The translations under genes and the position numbers were made by a program. A stretch of DNA of 54,627 bases from a virus (Duplodnaviria > Caudoviricetes). The notes below the pieces were generated by a model, which did not search any database, was not told where the DNA came from, and worked only from the letters and a program-made list of their open reading frames with translations. The stretch lies in IMG/VR virus record IMGVR_UViG_3300027741_000082, positions 1-54,627 of that record, one strand, 5' to 3'. This document shows, piece after piece, positions 1 through 6,679 of this stretch; position 1 is the first letter of the stretch; each line of letters starts with the position of its first letter.

Positions 1-138
1 GCTGATTCGTTTTCGTAATAGCCCAGCTCGGGATTGATGCCAGTGGCGATCATCATCTCGATGATCTGCTCGGTGGTCTTGCGGTAGAGGTCGCGGTACA
101 TCTGCTCTGCGGTGTAAGACATGGGGTCATCCTTTCTG
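1..138. repeat. Terminal direct repeat, left copy (circular assembly overlap)
   Basis: 1-138 matches 54490-54627; positions 13-138 identical, mismatches at 3, 6 and 12. Confidence 0.95.
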
Positions 139-160
139 TGTTGGTCCCGTCTTGTATGTC

Positions 161-189
161 AAGATAGATGGGTGATTTGACAGTGTCAA
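161..189 (-). promoter_or_regulatory. Sigma70-type early promoter with TTGACA-G-TGTCAA palindrome
   Basis: Minus strand TTGACA-N17-TATCTT upstream of the gene starting at 122 (=54611); perfect palindrome 177-189. Confidence 0.75.
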
Positions 190-261
190 GTGGGGTTGTG
201 GAAATAATTTACAAATTGTTTTTCGAAGGGCGGCTGTCCTTTGTCCTTAGAGAAGATAGAC

Positions 262-503
262 TCTATCAAACATTGTCAATGATATAGTGTGTAACCCTTT
301 GAATATAGGTAGATATCAAAATATAGGGGGTTTCCAGAATTATCATCACTTCCGTCGCGCACACAGTAAACAGAATTGTCGCCTCGTGCACGTACGCGGA
401 GACGGACCCCCCTCTGGACCGTTTCCTCGCTAAACCCCCTATAAGATGATATCCCCCTATATTCAAAGGCTTACATACTATATTTGTTACAATGTTTGAT
501 AGA
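262..503. repeat. 72-bp imperfect inverted repeat (262-333 / 432-503) around a 98-bp spacer; candidate origin or packaging site
   Basis: Manual alignment gives 61/72 complementary positions; AT-rich non-coding region between divergent transcription units. Confidence 0.85.
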
Positions 504-547
504 ACTGTGATAGTTTATAGCAGAACCGCCAGCGAAGGAGAGCATCT

Positions 548-1141
548 GTGGCCCGTTCGAAAGTGACCCACCGCCCAAAACTTGACATTGTTGTCAACCC
601 GAAGAATGAAAAGGGATTGACCGAGAAGCAGGAGAAATTCTGCCGCATCTACGCCACCGAGGACGTGACCCGCACCGAGGCGGCACGGCTTGCTGGATAC
701 ACCGAGAGCACCGCACTGGTGGCGGGCTCTAAATTCTTGAACGGCAGGGACTACCCCCAGATACTTGCCCGCATAGCCGAGCTGAAAGAGGAGCTTGGCA
801 AAAAGTATGAGGTGACCTTCGACAACCACGTCCGACAGCTGGCCCGCATCCGCGATGCCGCGATGGAGAAGCAGAACTATGCCTCTGCTGTTGCCGCCGA
901 GAAGGCCAGAGGACAGGCCGCAGGGCTCTACATCAGTCGCTCGGAGATACTGGTCGGCAAGATCGATCAGATGTCGAAGGAGGAGGTTCTTGCCGAGATC
1001 ATGCGCCTTCAGGCTGAGTTTCCCGCGCTTGCACAGGGGACAGGCCCAACCATCGACATGGTCAAGACCATGCGCTCCGAAACAGGCGAGGACATACCCA
1101 CATACGAGTCACCCGACACCCTCGCGGAGCTCGACGAATGA
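548..1141 (+). CDS. terS: Terminase small subunit
   Basis: LTEKQEKFCRIY...TEAARLAGY N-terminal HTH typical of TerS; GGAGAG RBS before GTG. Confidence 0.85.
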   Translation: MARSKVTHRPKLDIVVNPKNEKGLTEKQEKFCRIYATEDVTRTEAARLAGYTESTALVAGSKFLNGRDYPQILARIAELKEELGKKYEVTFDNHVRQLARIRDAAMEKQNYASAVAAEKARGQAAGLYISRSEILVGKIDQMSKEEVLAEIMRLQAEFPALAQGTGPTIDMVKTMRSETGEDIPTYESPDTLAELDE

Positions 1142-1611
1142 AGACCGAAAAAGCAATCTGGGAACACCTGAAAAAGGAAACCGACAAGGACGTTCACTGG
1201 ACCCGCATCGAGGCTTGGGCGGGTTCGGGTATCCCCGACCTGAACGGGGCCTATGTGTGGCCTTCTCTGTCGCAGGAAACCACCATTGAGCTGTGGTGCG
1301 AACTCAAGGTCTGTTCTACCATAAAATTTCAAGGGGATGGACTGTGGAGACCCGCGCAAATTGCATGGCAGACCAAGCGGTCCCGCGTTTCACGCAATGT
1401 CTATAACCTGATCAGCCACCCTCGGGCATGGGTCGTCAGGATTTATGGCGCAGAACACGTGACCCAACTGCACGACCCGTCGACAGAATCGCCAGAACCT
1501 TTGATGATCTTGCCCATTGGCAGGGGGATGTGGTCGGCTTTCCTCGAACTCGCGGCCTCGCGCTCGAAAGAATCGCCAGAATACAAGGACTCGACAGAAT
1601 CGCCAGTGTAA
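1138..1611 (+). CDS. PD-(D/E)XK nuclease (VRR-NUC / Holliday-junction resolvase-like)
   Basis: RIE..GIPD..W-ELK..Q.AW motif order; ATGA overlap with terS. Confidence 0.8.
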   Translation: MKTEKAIWEHLKKETDKDVHWTRIEAWAGSGIPDLNGAYVWPSLSQETTIELWCELKVCSTIKFQGDGLWRPAQIAWQTKRSRVSRNVYNLISHPRAWVVRIYGAEHVTQLHDPSTESPEPLMILPIGRGMWSAFLELAASRSKESPEYKDSTESPV

Positions 1612-1622
1612 AGACAGCGGAC

Positions 1623-1646
1623 AAAGGAAAGGGGGCTTTCGCCCCC
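1623..1646 (-). terminator. Intrinsic terminator ending the early cassette
   Basis: Minus strand GGGGGC-GAAA-GCCCCC followed by TTTCCTTT, just after the 1655 stop. Confidence 0.7.
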
Positions 1647-1654
1647 CTGCCCCC

Positions 1655-2416
1655 TTAGTGTGCCATGATGACAATGGACTTGCGGACCTTTGCCGAGTGC
1701 CCGCCGCATGCTTTGCAATCGGTGCAGGAAACCTTTGCGCCCGCCTCTTTCGATGCCGGACAAATCGCCTCGTTTGACAAGCGGCTTTCATCTTTCGCCC
1801 GAACTCTAAACGTGCGCCAGCCCGCGTCCCATGCTTGCAAGGCTTCGGCTTCATTGTCCGCGCTTGCCATGGTCAAGGCTTTGAACTTAGCGAACTCTGG
1901 CTTGTGCCACTGATGAGAATAACCGTTAACCATCGCCGCCCGCTTAACAGCCCGCGCCCACATTGCAAAGGGTGCAGCAGCAGGATCCCCGTAGGAACCC
2001 ATGCGAAAGGCTTTACCTTCGAACAAATCGGGCAGGATCCTAGGATCATAGTCTACAATCGGGCGAGCATATCGCCCGCGCCCCAAGGCTTTCCATGTCG
2101 AAAGAACCGACTGGAACACCTTAACATAGCAAGGTTTGATGCCCGCCGCTTTCGCGACACTAGGCCGCCGCTTGCAGTCTCCGCACACTGACGCGTCATC
2201 GCCGGACCGTAAAGCCTCGACCGGATTAATGTCGGACCGAACAATAAAAGTTTGGACCATTGCGCCAGTCTTATCATTATTGCTTTTTGTCGTTATGCGG
2301 TTTGCGATAACAGCAATCGGCTTGCCGTCCAATCGACTCGGACCCTCGTAAAGAATCACGCCCGCGAACTGTCCGCGCTTTAAAGCTTCGACCATTGCGT
2401 CCACTGTCTTAATCAT
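1655..2416 (-). CDS. Cys-rich phage protein, GP88-like (possible Fe-S or metal binding)
   Basis: CGDC..CYV, FRMGSYGDP, YSHQW, CPA..CTDCKAC..IMAH motif series; AGAAAGGA RBS. Confidence 0.55.
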   Translation of the reverse strand: MIKTVDAMVEALKRGQFAGVILYEGPSRLDGKPIAVIANRITTKSNNDKTGAMVQTFIVRSDINPVEALRSGDDASVCGDCKRRPSVAKAAGIKPCYVKVFQSVLSTWKALGRGRYARPIVDYDPRILPDLFEGKAFRMGSYGDPAAAPFAMWARAVKRAAMVNGYSHQWHKPEFAKFKALTMASADNEAEALQAWDAGWRTFRVRAKDESRLSNEAICPASKEAGAKVSCTDCKACGGHSAKVRKSIVIMAH

Positions 2417-2591
2417 TGTTAGAATCCTTTCTATGGTTAGAAGCTATAAATTTTTGTCCGGCTGCAATCATTGCTTCTTCAACTTCTTCGCTATCAATAA
2501 TCCATTGCGTATCGTGTGGCCTAAAGATTGCCACAATATACCCCGCCGCTTCGAGTTTATTAATGGTTTCAACCACCTCGTTAATGTCCAT
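2409..2591 (-). CDS. Small acidic early protein
   Basis: Start moved to MDINEVV after AGAAAGGG RBS; first gene after the promoter at 2627-2655. Confidence 0.7.
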   Translation of the reverse strand: MDINEVVETINKLEAAGYIVAIFRPHDTQWIIDSEEVEEAMIAAGQKFIASNHRKDSNND

Positions 2592-2626
2592 AGGATAACC
2601 CTTTCTTCGGTTTAAAAGACTCATTA

Positions 2627-2655
2627 GGTTTAACAGGATCCGGTGACATTGTCAA
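2627..2655 (-). promoter_or_regulatory. Sigma70-type early promoter with (G)TGACA-T-TGTCAA palindrome
   Basis: Minus strand TTGACA-N17-TAAACC with TGn extension. Confidence 0.7.
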
Positions 2656-2810
2656 CTAATAAATCGCCAAAATAAATCGCCGCGATTTATTGCGCCCGCC
2701 GGAATCGCCCGCCGCGCCCGCTCGAAAGAATCGCCAGTGTTTAAGATAGAACCCGAGAGAATCGCCCGCCGCGCCTCGTTAGAATCGCCAGTGTTATAAT
2801 ATACAGGCAT

Positions 2811-2837
2811 AAAAAAAGGGCCCGCCGAAGCGGGCCC
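2811..2837 (-). terminator. Intrinsic terminator (cUUCGg hairpin plus U7)
   Basis: Minus strand GGGCCCGC-TTCG-GCGGGCCC-TTTTTTT. Confidence 0.9.
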
Positions 2838-2855
2838 CCGTAGCAGGGCGACAAG

Positions 2856-3083
2856 TTAGAGCATGGCTTTCAATTCAGCCTTGATCCGCTTGGCGGTTTC
2901 GCCCCGCCAAGTGGCAGCGTTCGCGAGAAAGTAGCGAACGATGCTATCTCCAGAATCATAGTAAAAAGGGTCTTCGATGGAACTTAGCGTCGCCATGGCT
3001 TGCAGATATGGAACCGCTCCGAAGTAGGGCTTCTTCCAATCGACAGATATCTCGCGGGCGATAGTGTGCAATGGACGTGTCAT
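2856..3083 (-). CDS. Small hypothetical phage protein (75 aa)
   Basis: Start moved to MTRPLHTIAREI after AGGAGAAAG RBS. Confidence 0.8.
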   Translation of the reverse strand: MTRPLHTIAREISVDWKKPYFGAVPYLQAMATLSSIEDPFYYDSGDSIVRYFLANAATWRGETAKRIKAELKAML

Positions 3084-3108
3084 GTGCTTTCTCCTAATGA
3101 CATGTGGT

Positions 3109-3128
3109 GGGCCCGCCGGAGCGGGCCC
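3109..3128 (-). repeat. Intergenic GC hairpin, copy 2 (no U-tract)
   Basis: GGGCCCGC-TCCG-GCGGGCCC between a stop codon and the next RBS. Confidence 0.8.
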
Positions 3129-3135
3129 GATAGGG

Positions 3136-3414
3136 TTAGTCGTTCGTGATGACAGGCAGGGCCGCTTGCATGGTGTAGATCCACTGGTCCACATCAGCAA
3201 TGGCCTGATCATACTGGCCCCGCTTGTAGACCTTGCCTGTAATCTTTCCGGCCCTCTCAAGAGAAGCCTTCGGAGTAGCAGTGCGGGTTAACCGCATGCC
3301 ATGCTTGATAGCCTTCAGAGCATGCTTAACCGCGAAAGCATGCAGTAACCGTGTCGCGTCAGGCCCGACATACGCGGTAACCCCTTCGCCTCGCTTTGCA
3401 ATGTATGAGTCCAT
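3136..3414 (-). CDS. Hypothetical early protein
   Basis: Start moved to MDSYIAKR after AAGGAG RBS. Confidence 0.75.
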   Translation of the reverse strand: MDSYIAKRGEGVTAYVGPDATRLLHAFAVKHALKAIKHGMRLTRTATPKASLERAGKITGKVYKRGQYDQAIADVDQWIYTMQAALPVITND

Positions 3415-3451
3415 AATCTTTCTCCTTAACCTGAACCGTTCAGGCCATATA

Positions 3452-3480
3452 GGTTTATCAGTGACCTTTGACAGTGTCAA
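3452..3480 (-). promoter_or_regulatory. Sigma70-type early promoter with TTGACA-G-TGTCAA palindrome
   Basis: Minus strand TTGACA-N17-TAAACC with TGn; perfect palindrome 3468-3480. Confidence 0.75.
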
Positions 3481-3585
3481 CAAATTATTTTGCGCCTCGA
3501 CCGGATTGTTGCGCCCGCCGGAAACGAAAAAGCGGGCCCGACTGAACCGCCGCGCCCGCTCGCTAGAATCGCCAGTGTTTAAAGA

Positions 3586-3834
3586 TTAGTCCGCTAGCAT
3601 CTCGCCGACACGGTCGGTGATAGATTGCCAATCGTCGCCCGACATGTGCTCCTTATAGATCATGTCGACAATCGCCAGTGCCCGCTCCGGCGTCACTGTC
3701 ATCTCTTGCTCTGCCGCAACCTCATAGATATCCTCTACCGATATCGATAGTAGAACCCTAACCCCGTTCGAATGCAACACGTCAAAGGCTCTCTGGATAC
3801 GGTCGTCTTGTCTTGCGTCACTGATGATAATCAT
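3586..3834 (-). CDS. Small acidic early protein
   Basis: 82-aa ORF with AGGAGAAAG RBS. Confidence 0.75.
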   Translation of the reverse strand: MIIISDARQDDRIQRAFDVLHSNGVRVLLSISVEDIYEVAAEQEMTVTPERALAIVDMIYKEHMSGDDWQSITDRVGEMLAD

Positions 3835-3855
3835 GGTCTTTCTCCTATGGTTGGT

Positions 3856-3875
3856 GGGCCCGCCGAAGCGGGCCC
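3856..3875 (-). repeat. Intergenic GC hairpin, copy 3 (no U-tract)
   Basis: GGGCCCGC-TTCG-GCGGGCCC; flanks shared with the 3109 copy. Confidence 0.8.
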
Positions 3876-3882
3876 GATGGGG

Positions 3883-4260
3883 TTAAGCGAGGATCGAGTC
3901 GCGGGCCTTGAACCCGACTGTCGTATCGTAGGGCTTATAGTGTTCGCCAAACATAACTTCGAAGTAGGCATGGGGCCCGAACGTCGACCAACGACCCTGC
4001 CCGCTTGACCCCTTCCAGTCCCAGATATGCATGACGAACCCTGTGAAGCTCTCGGGCCCGCCGACCTCGAACAGCCATTCGCGAGTGACCTTACCGCCGA
4101 GATCATCAGACTTGATCGATGGGATATTCAGGATCGACTCGATATGGCGGGCGGACACCCCGACAAGTTCTCCGGTCTTCCAAGTCTGGATACCGTGCCC
4201 GACGTCGTCCAGTGTGATGATCCGCATGGGGATCACGTAGCGTGATGTTTCTTTTGTCAT
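3883..4260 (-). CDS. Hypothetical early protein
   Basis: 125-aa ORF, first gene after the promoter at 4312-4340. Confidence 0.75.
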   Translation of the reverse strand: MTKETSRYVIPMRIITLDDVGHGIQTWKTGELVGVSARHIESILNIPSIKSDDLGGKVTREWLFEVGGPESFTGFVMHIWDWKGSSGQGRWSTFGPHAYFEVMFGEHYKPYDTTVGFKARDSILA

Positions 4261-4311
4261 GTGACTTTCTTTCTTTCTCTACGATTAAGAACCACTCTCA
4301 ACCGTGCCTAT

Positions 4312-4340
4312 ACTCTACATGATACAATTGACATTGTCAA
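4312..4340 (-). promoter_or_regulatory. Sigma70-type early promoter with TTGACA-T-TGTCAA palindrome
   Basis: Minus strand TTGACA-N17-TAGAGT; perfect palindrome 4328-4340. Confidence 0.8.
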
Positions 4341-4621
4341 CCTATACCTTAGTCGTAAGTAAAACTACTTAGTCTCGGGTCCCTTGGCAGATTTCCAGCT
4401 GTCAGGTTTCCGACGGTTTAAATCGCCGACCCCCCTTTTAGGCCCGCCCGCTCGCAGGACTCACCTAAAAATCCGATTTTCCCCGGAACGGCAGCAACTT
4501 CAAAACATTTGGCCTACCCCCTAATTGTCAACTAATAGTAATGGGTCCCCTACCCCCACCCCATAATAAAAATTTCAAAAACTATTGGACCGCGTTGACA
4601 TTGTAGTGTACCGGTTAATAA

Positions 4622-4704
4622 CCGAGGTCAGAGGTTTTTTGCTGTTTCCCCTCTGTTTAGGTGGACCACAGGAGAACAGCGTCAGGTCCACCACTCGGAA
4701 CCTC
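4622..4704. ncRNA. Candidate structured element (interleaved pseudoknot helices)
   Basis: Pairings 4641-4650/4671-4680, 4660-4667/4685-4692, 4622-4626/4694-4698, 4631-4636/4699-4704. Confidence 0.4.
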
Positions 4705-4708
4705 CCAT

Positions 4709-4737
4709 AAAAAATGGGGAGCCGAAGCCCCCCATTT
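4709..4737 (-). terminator. Intrinsic terminator of the acidic-protein gene
   Basis: Minus strand ATGGGGGGC-TTCG-GCTCCCCAT followed by a T-run. Confidence 0.8.
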
Positions 4738-4759
4738 ATTGCTTTGTAGGTTGTGAGGG

Positions 4760-4987
4760 TTAGGCGAGGTCTTCTTCTGACCACTCGTCGTCTTCGCCTT
4801 CTTCGTCTTCTTCAACGATGATGTAGTCATCGTCCATCAGGTCGTACAAATGATCGATGAGCATATAGAGTGCACCGATGCGCTCTGGCAACGAGCATTC
4901 CATAAATTCGTCGGACAGGTTGAACTGAACGAGATCGATCTCGCCCTCGTTACGTTCTATAACAGCAGTACCGATAACAACAGACAT
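4760..4987 (-). CDS. Very acidic 75-aa protein, candidate DNA mimic
   Basis: Start moved to MSVVIG after GGGAG RBS; 25 of 75 residues are D/E, 2 R, no K. Confidence 0.65.
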   Translation of the reverse strand: MSVVIGTAVIERNEGEIDLVQFNLSDEFMECSLPERIGALYMLIDHLYDLMDDDYIIVEEDEEGEDDEWSEEDLA

Positions 4988-5073
4988 GGCAAACTCCCAC
5001 AGGTGAGGTGAACGTCTGCAAGCTACAAACAAAAGATGACAAATAAAAGACTTGCTTTTTCCATATGTTGCAC

Positions 5074-5102
5074 TTGCGAAGAGCGGCATGCTGGTATACA
5101 TT
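5074..5102 (+). promoter_or_regulatory. Sigma70-type promoter upstream of terL
   Basis: TTGCGA-N17-TACATT (alternatively TGn-TATACA). Confidence 0.55.
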
Positions 5103-5145
5103 GCGCGTACACCTTGTCTGCTCCATGGTGTTCCTCCCTAGACTT

Positions 5146-5187
5146 GGGACGGTAGCTATGGCTTTGATCTTGCTACCGTCCCCTTTT
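5146..5187 (+). terminator. Terminator or attenuator about 20 nt upstream of terL
   Basis: 11-bp stem GGGACGGTAGC/GCTACCGTCCC plus TTTTT. Confidence 0.75.
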
Positions 5188-5206
5188 ATCTACGGAGCTT
5201 TATCCT

Positions 5207-6679
5207 TTGCCCTCTGAACTTGCACATAGCCTCCCGGAAGACGCGGCTCGCCAATACGCTCGTCTTTTGGAAAGAGCGGCGAGACTTGCCACTCTAGAGA
5301 AGGCCAAGGTTGGCTTTCTTGATTTCGTTAAGTTTGTGTGGCCCGGGTTTATTGCCGGGAGACACCATAGGATTGTTGCTGAGAAGCTTGAGGCCATGGC
5401 GCGTGGCGAGCTCAAGCGTTTGATCATCAACATGCCGCCGAGGCATACGAAGTCTGAGTTTGCCAGCTACCTGTTTCCGGCTTGGTTCATAGGGCAGATG
5501 CCAGACAAGAAGATTATGCAAGCGACCCATACCGCTGATCTGTCGATCCGGTTTGGGCGTAAAGTGAGAAACCTAATGGATGGGGATATGTTCAAGCCCA
5601 TCTTTCCAGAAGTGAAGCTACGGTCAGATTCCAAGGCAGCGTATCGCTGGGAGACCGATCAAGGAGGAGAGTACTATGCAGCGGGTGTTGGGGGTAATAT
5701 CGCAGGGCGCGGCGCGGATCTTTTCATTGTTGACGATCCGCACTCAGAACAAGACGCCCTCTCACCAACAGCAATGGAAGGCGCATGGGAATGGTATCAA
5801 TCCGGACCACGCCAGCGTCTTCAGCCCGGAGGGGCGATCCTTGTTGTTATGACCCGGTGGGGGGAGGCGGATCTGACCGCCCGCCTTTTAAAGCAGCAAG
5901 CGACAGATCCCAAAGCCGATCAGTGGGAGGTCGTGGAGTTTCCGGCAATATTGGATAGCGGTGAGCCGCTCTGGCCTGAGTACTGGAAGCTTGAGGAACT
6001 TGAGGGGATCAAGGCTTCGATCACCCTGTCCAAGTGGCAAGCGCAGTACATGCAGCAGCCAACGGCGGACTCGGTGTCCATCATCAAGCGTAGCTGGTGG
6101 AACGTGTGGGAGCAGGAGAAGGTTCCCCGTTTGCAATACGTCATGCAGTCTTACGACACGGCGCACACCAAAAAGAAGACGGCTGACTACAGCGCGATCC
6201 AGACGTGGGGGGTCTTTTACCCCAGAGAGGATGGCCCGGCGAACGTCATCTTGCTGGACTGCAAGAAAGGCAGATGGGAGTTCCCCGAGCTCAAACGCAT
6301 TGCCCTTGAAGAGTACAAGTACTGGGAACCGGAGACCGTGCTGATCGAAGCAAAGGCTGCGGGCCTCCCTCTGTTACAGGAACTCCGGAGCGTAGGCATC
6401 CCGGCGGTGGACTTTACGCCGAGCCGTGGGAATGATAAGCATGTACGTCTGAACTCGATTGCTTCCCTGTTTGAAGCGGGGCTTGTCTGGAGGCCAGAGG
6501 CATCTTGGGCGGAAGAGGTTGTCGAGGAGATAGCCGCGTTCCCCAACGGTGAGCACGACGACTTGGTTGACTGCGCTTCACAGGCCCTCATGCGATTCCG
6601 GCAGGGTGGCTTTGTTACACATCCGGATGACTACACCATGGACGAAGGTCCGAGGTCAACGTACAGGGTTTATTACTGA
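5207..6679 (+). CDS. terL: Terminase large subunit
   Basis: MPPRHTKS Walker A, FIVDDP Walker B, SYDTA and HDDLVD nuclease motifs; TTG start after GGAG. Confidence 0.95.
   Translation: MPSELAHSLPEDAARQYARLLERAARLATLEKAKVGFLDFVKFVWPGFIAGRHHRIVAEKLEAMARGELKRLIINMPPRHTKSEFASYLFPAWFIGQMPDKKIMQATHTADLSIRFGRKVRNLMDGDMFKPIFPEVKLRSDSKAAYRWETDQGGEYYAAGVGGNIAGRGADLFIVDDPHSEQDALSPTAMEGAWEWYQSGPRQRLQPGGAILVVMTRWGEADLTARLLKQQATDPKADQWEVVEFPAILDSGEPLWPEYWKLEELEGIKASITLSKWQAQYMQQPTADSVSIIKRSWWNVWEQEKVPRLQYVMQSYDTAHTKKKTADYSAIQTWGVFYPREDGPANVILLDCKKGRWEFPELKRIALEEYKYWEPETVLIEAKAAGLPLLQELRSVGIPAVDFTPSRGNDKHVRLNSIASLFEAGLVWRPEASWAEEVVEEIAAFPNGEHDDLVDCASQALMRFRQGGFVTHPDDYTMDEGPRSTYRVYY

Larger units (their letters stand above)
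1478..4462 (+). repeat. Dispersed same-strand CG-N3-GANTC repeats
   Basis: GAATCGCC at 1486, 1570, 1597, 2702, 2728, 2759, 2782, 3566 and a GACTC variant at 4458, each preceded by CG-NNN. Confidence 0.9.

Noticed and set aside
266-466. 66-aa minus-strand ORF
   Set aside because: Starts at TTG with no clear RBS and lies within the inverted repeat; likely non-coding
2605-2635. CtrA box (TTAA-N7-TTAA) at an early promoter
   Set aside because: TTAA half-sites are present but not at 7-nt spacing; a genome-wide scan was not possible by eye
2690-2800. GAATCGCC cluster as a mini-CRISPR
   Set aside because: Repeats are short and degenerate, spacing is irregular (23-31 nt) and the intervening sequences resemble each other
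4622-4704. Hammerhead or HDV-like ribozyme
   Set aside because: Minus strand has CTGACGC rather than CUGANGA with correct helices; no room for HDV P3/L3 or P1.1 on either strand
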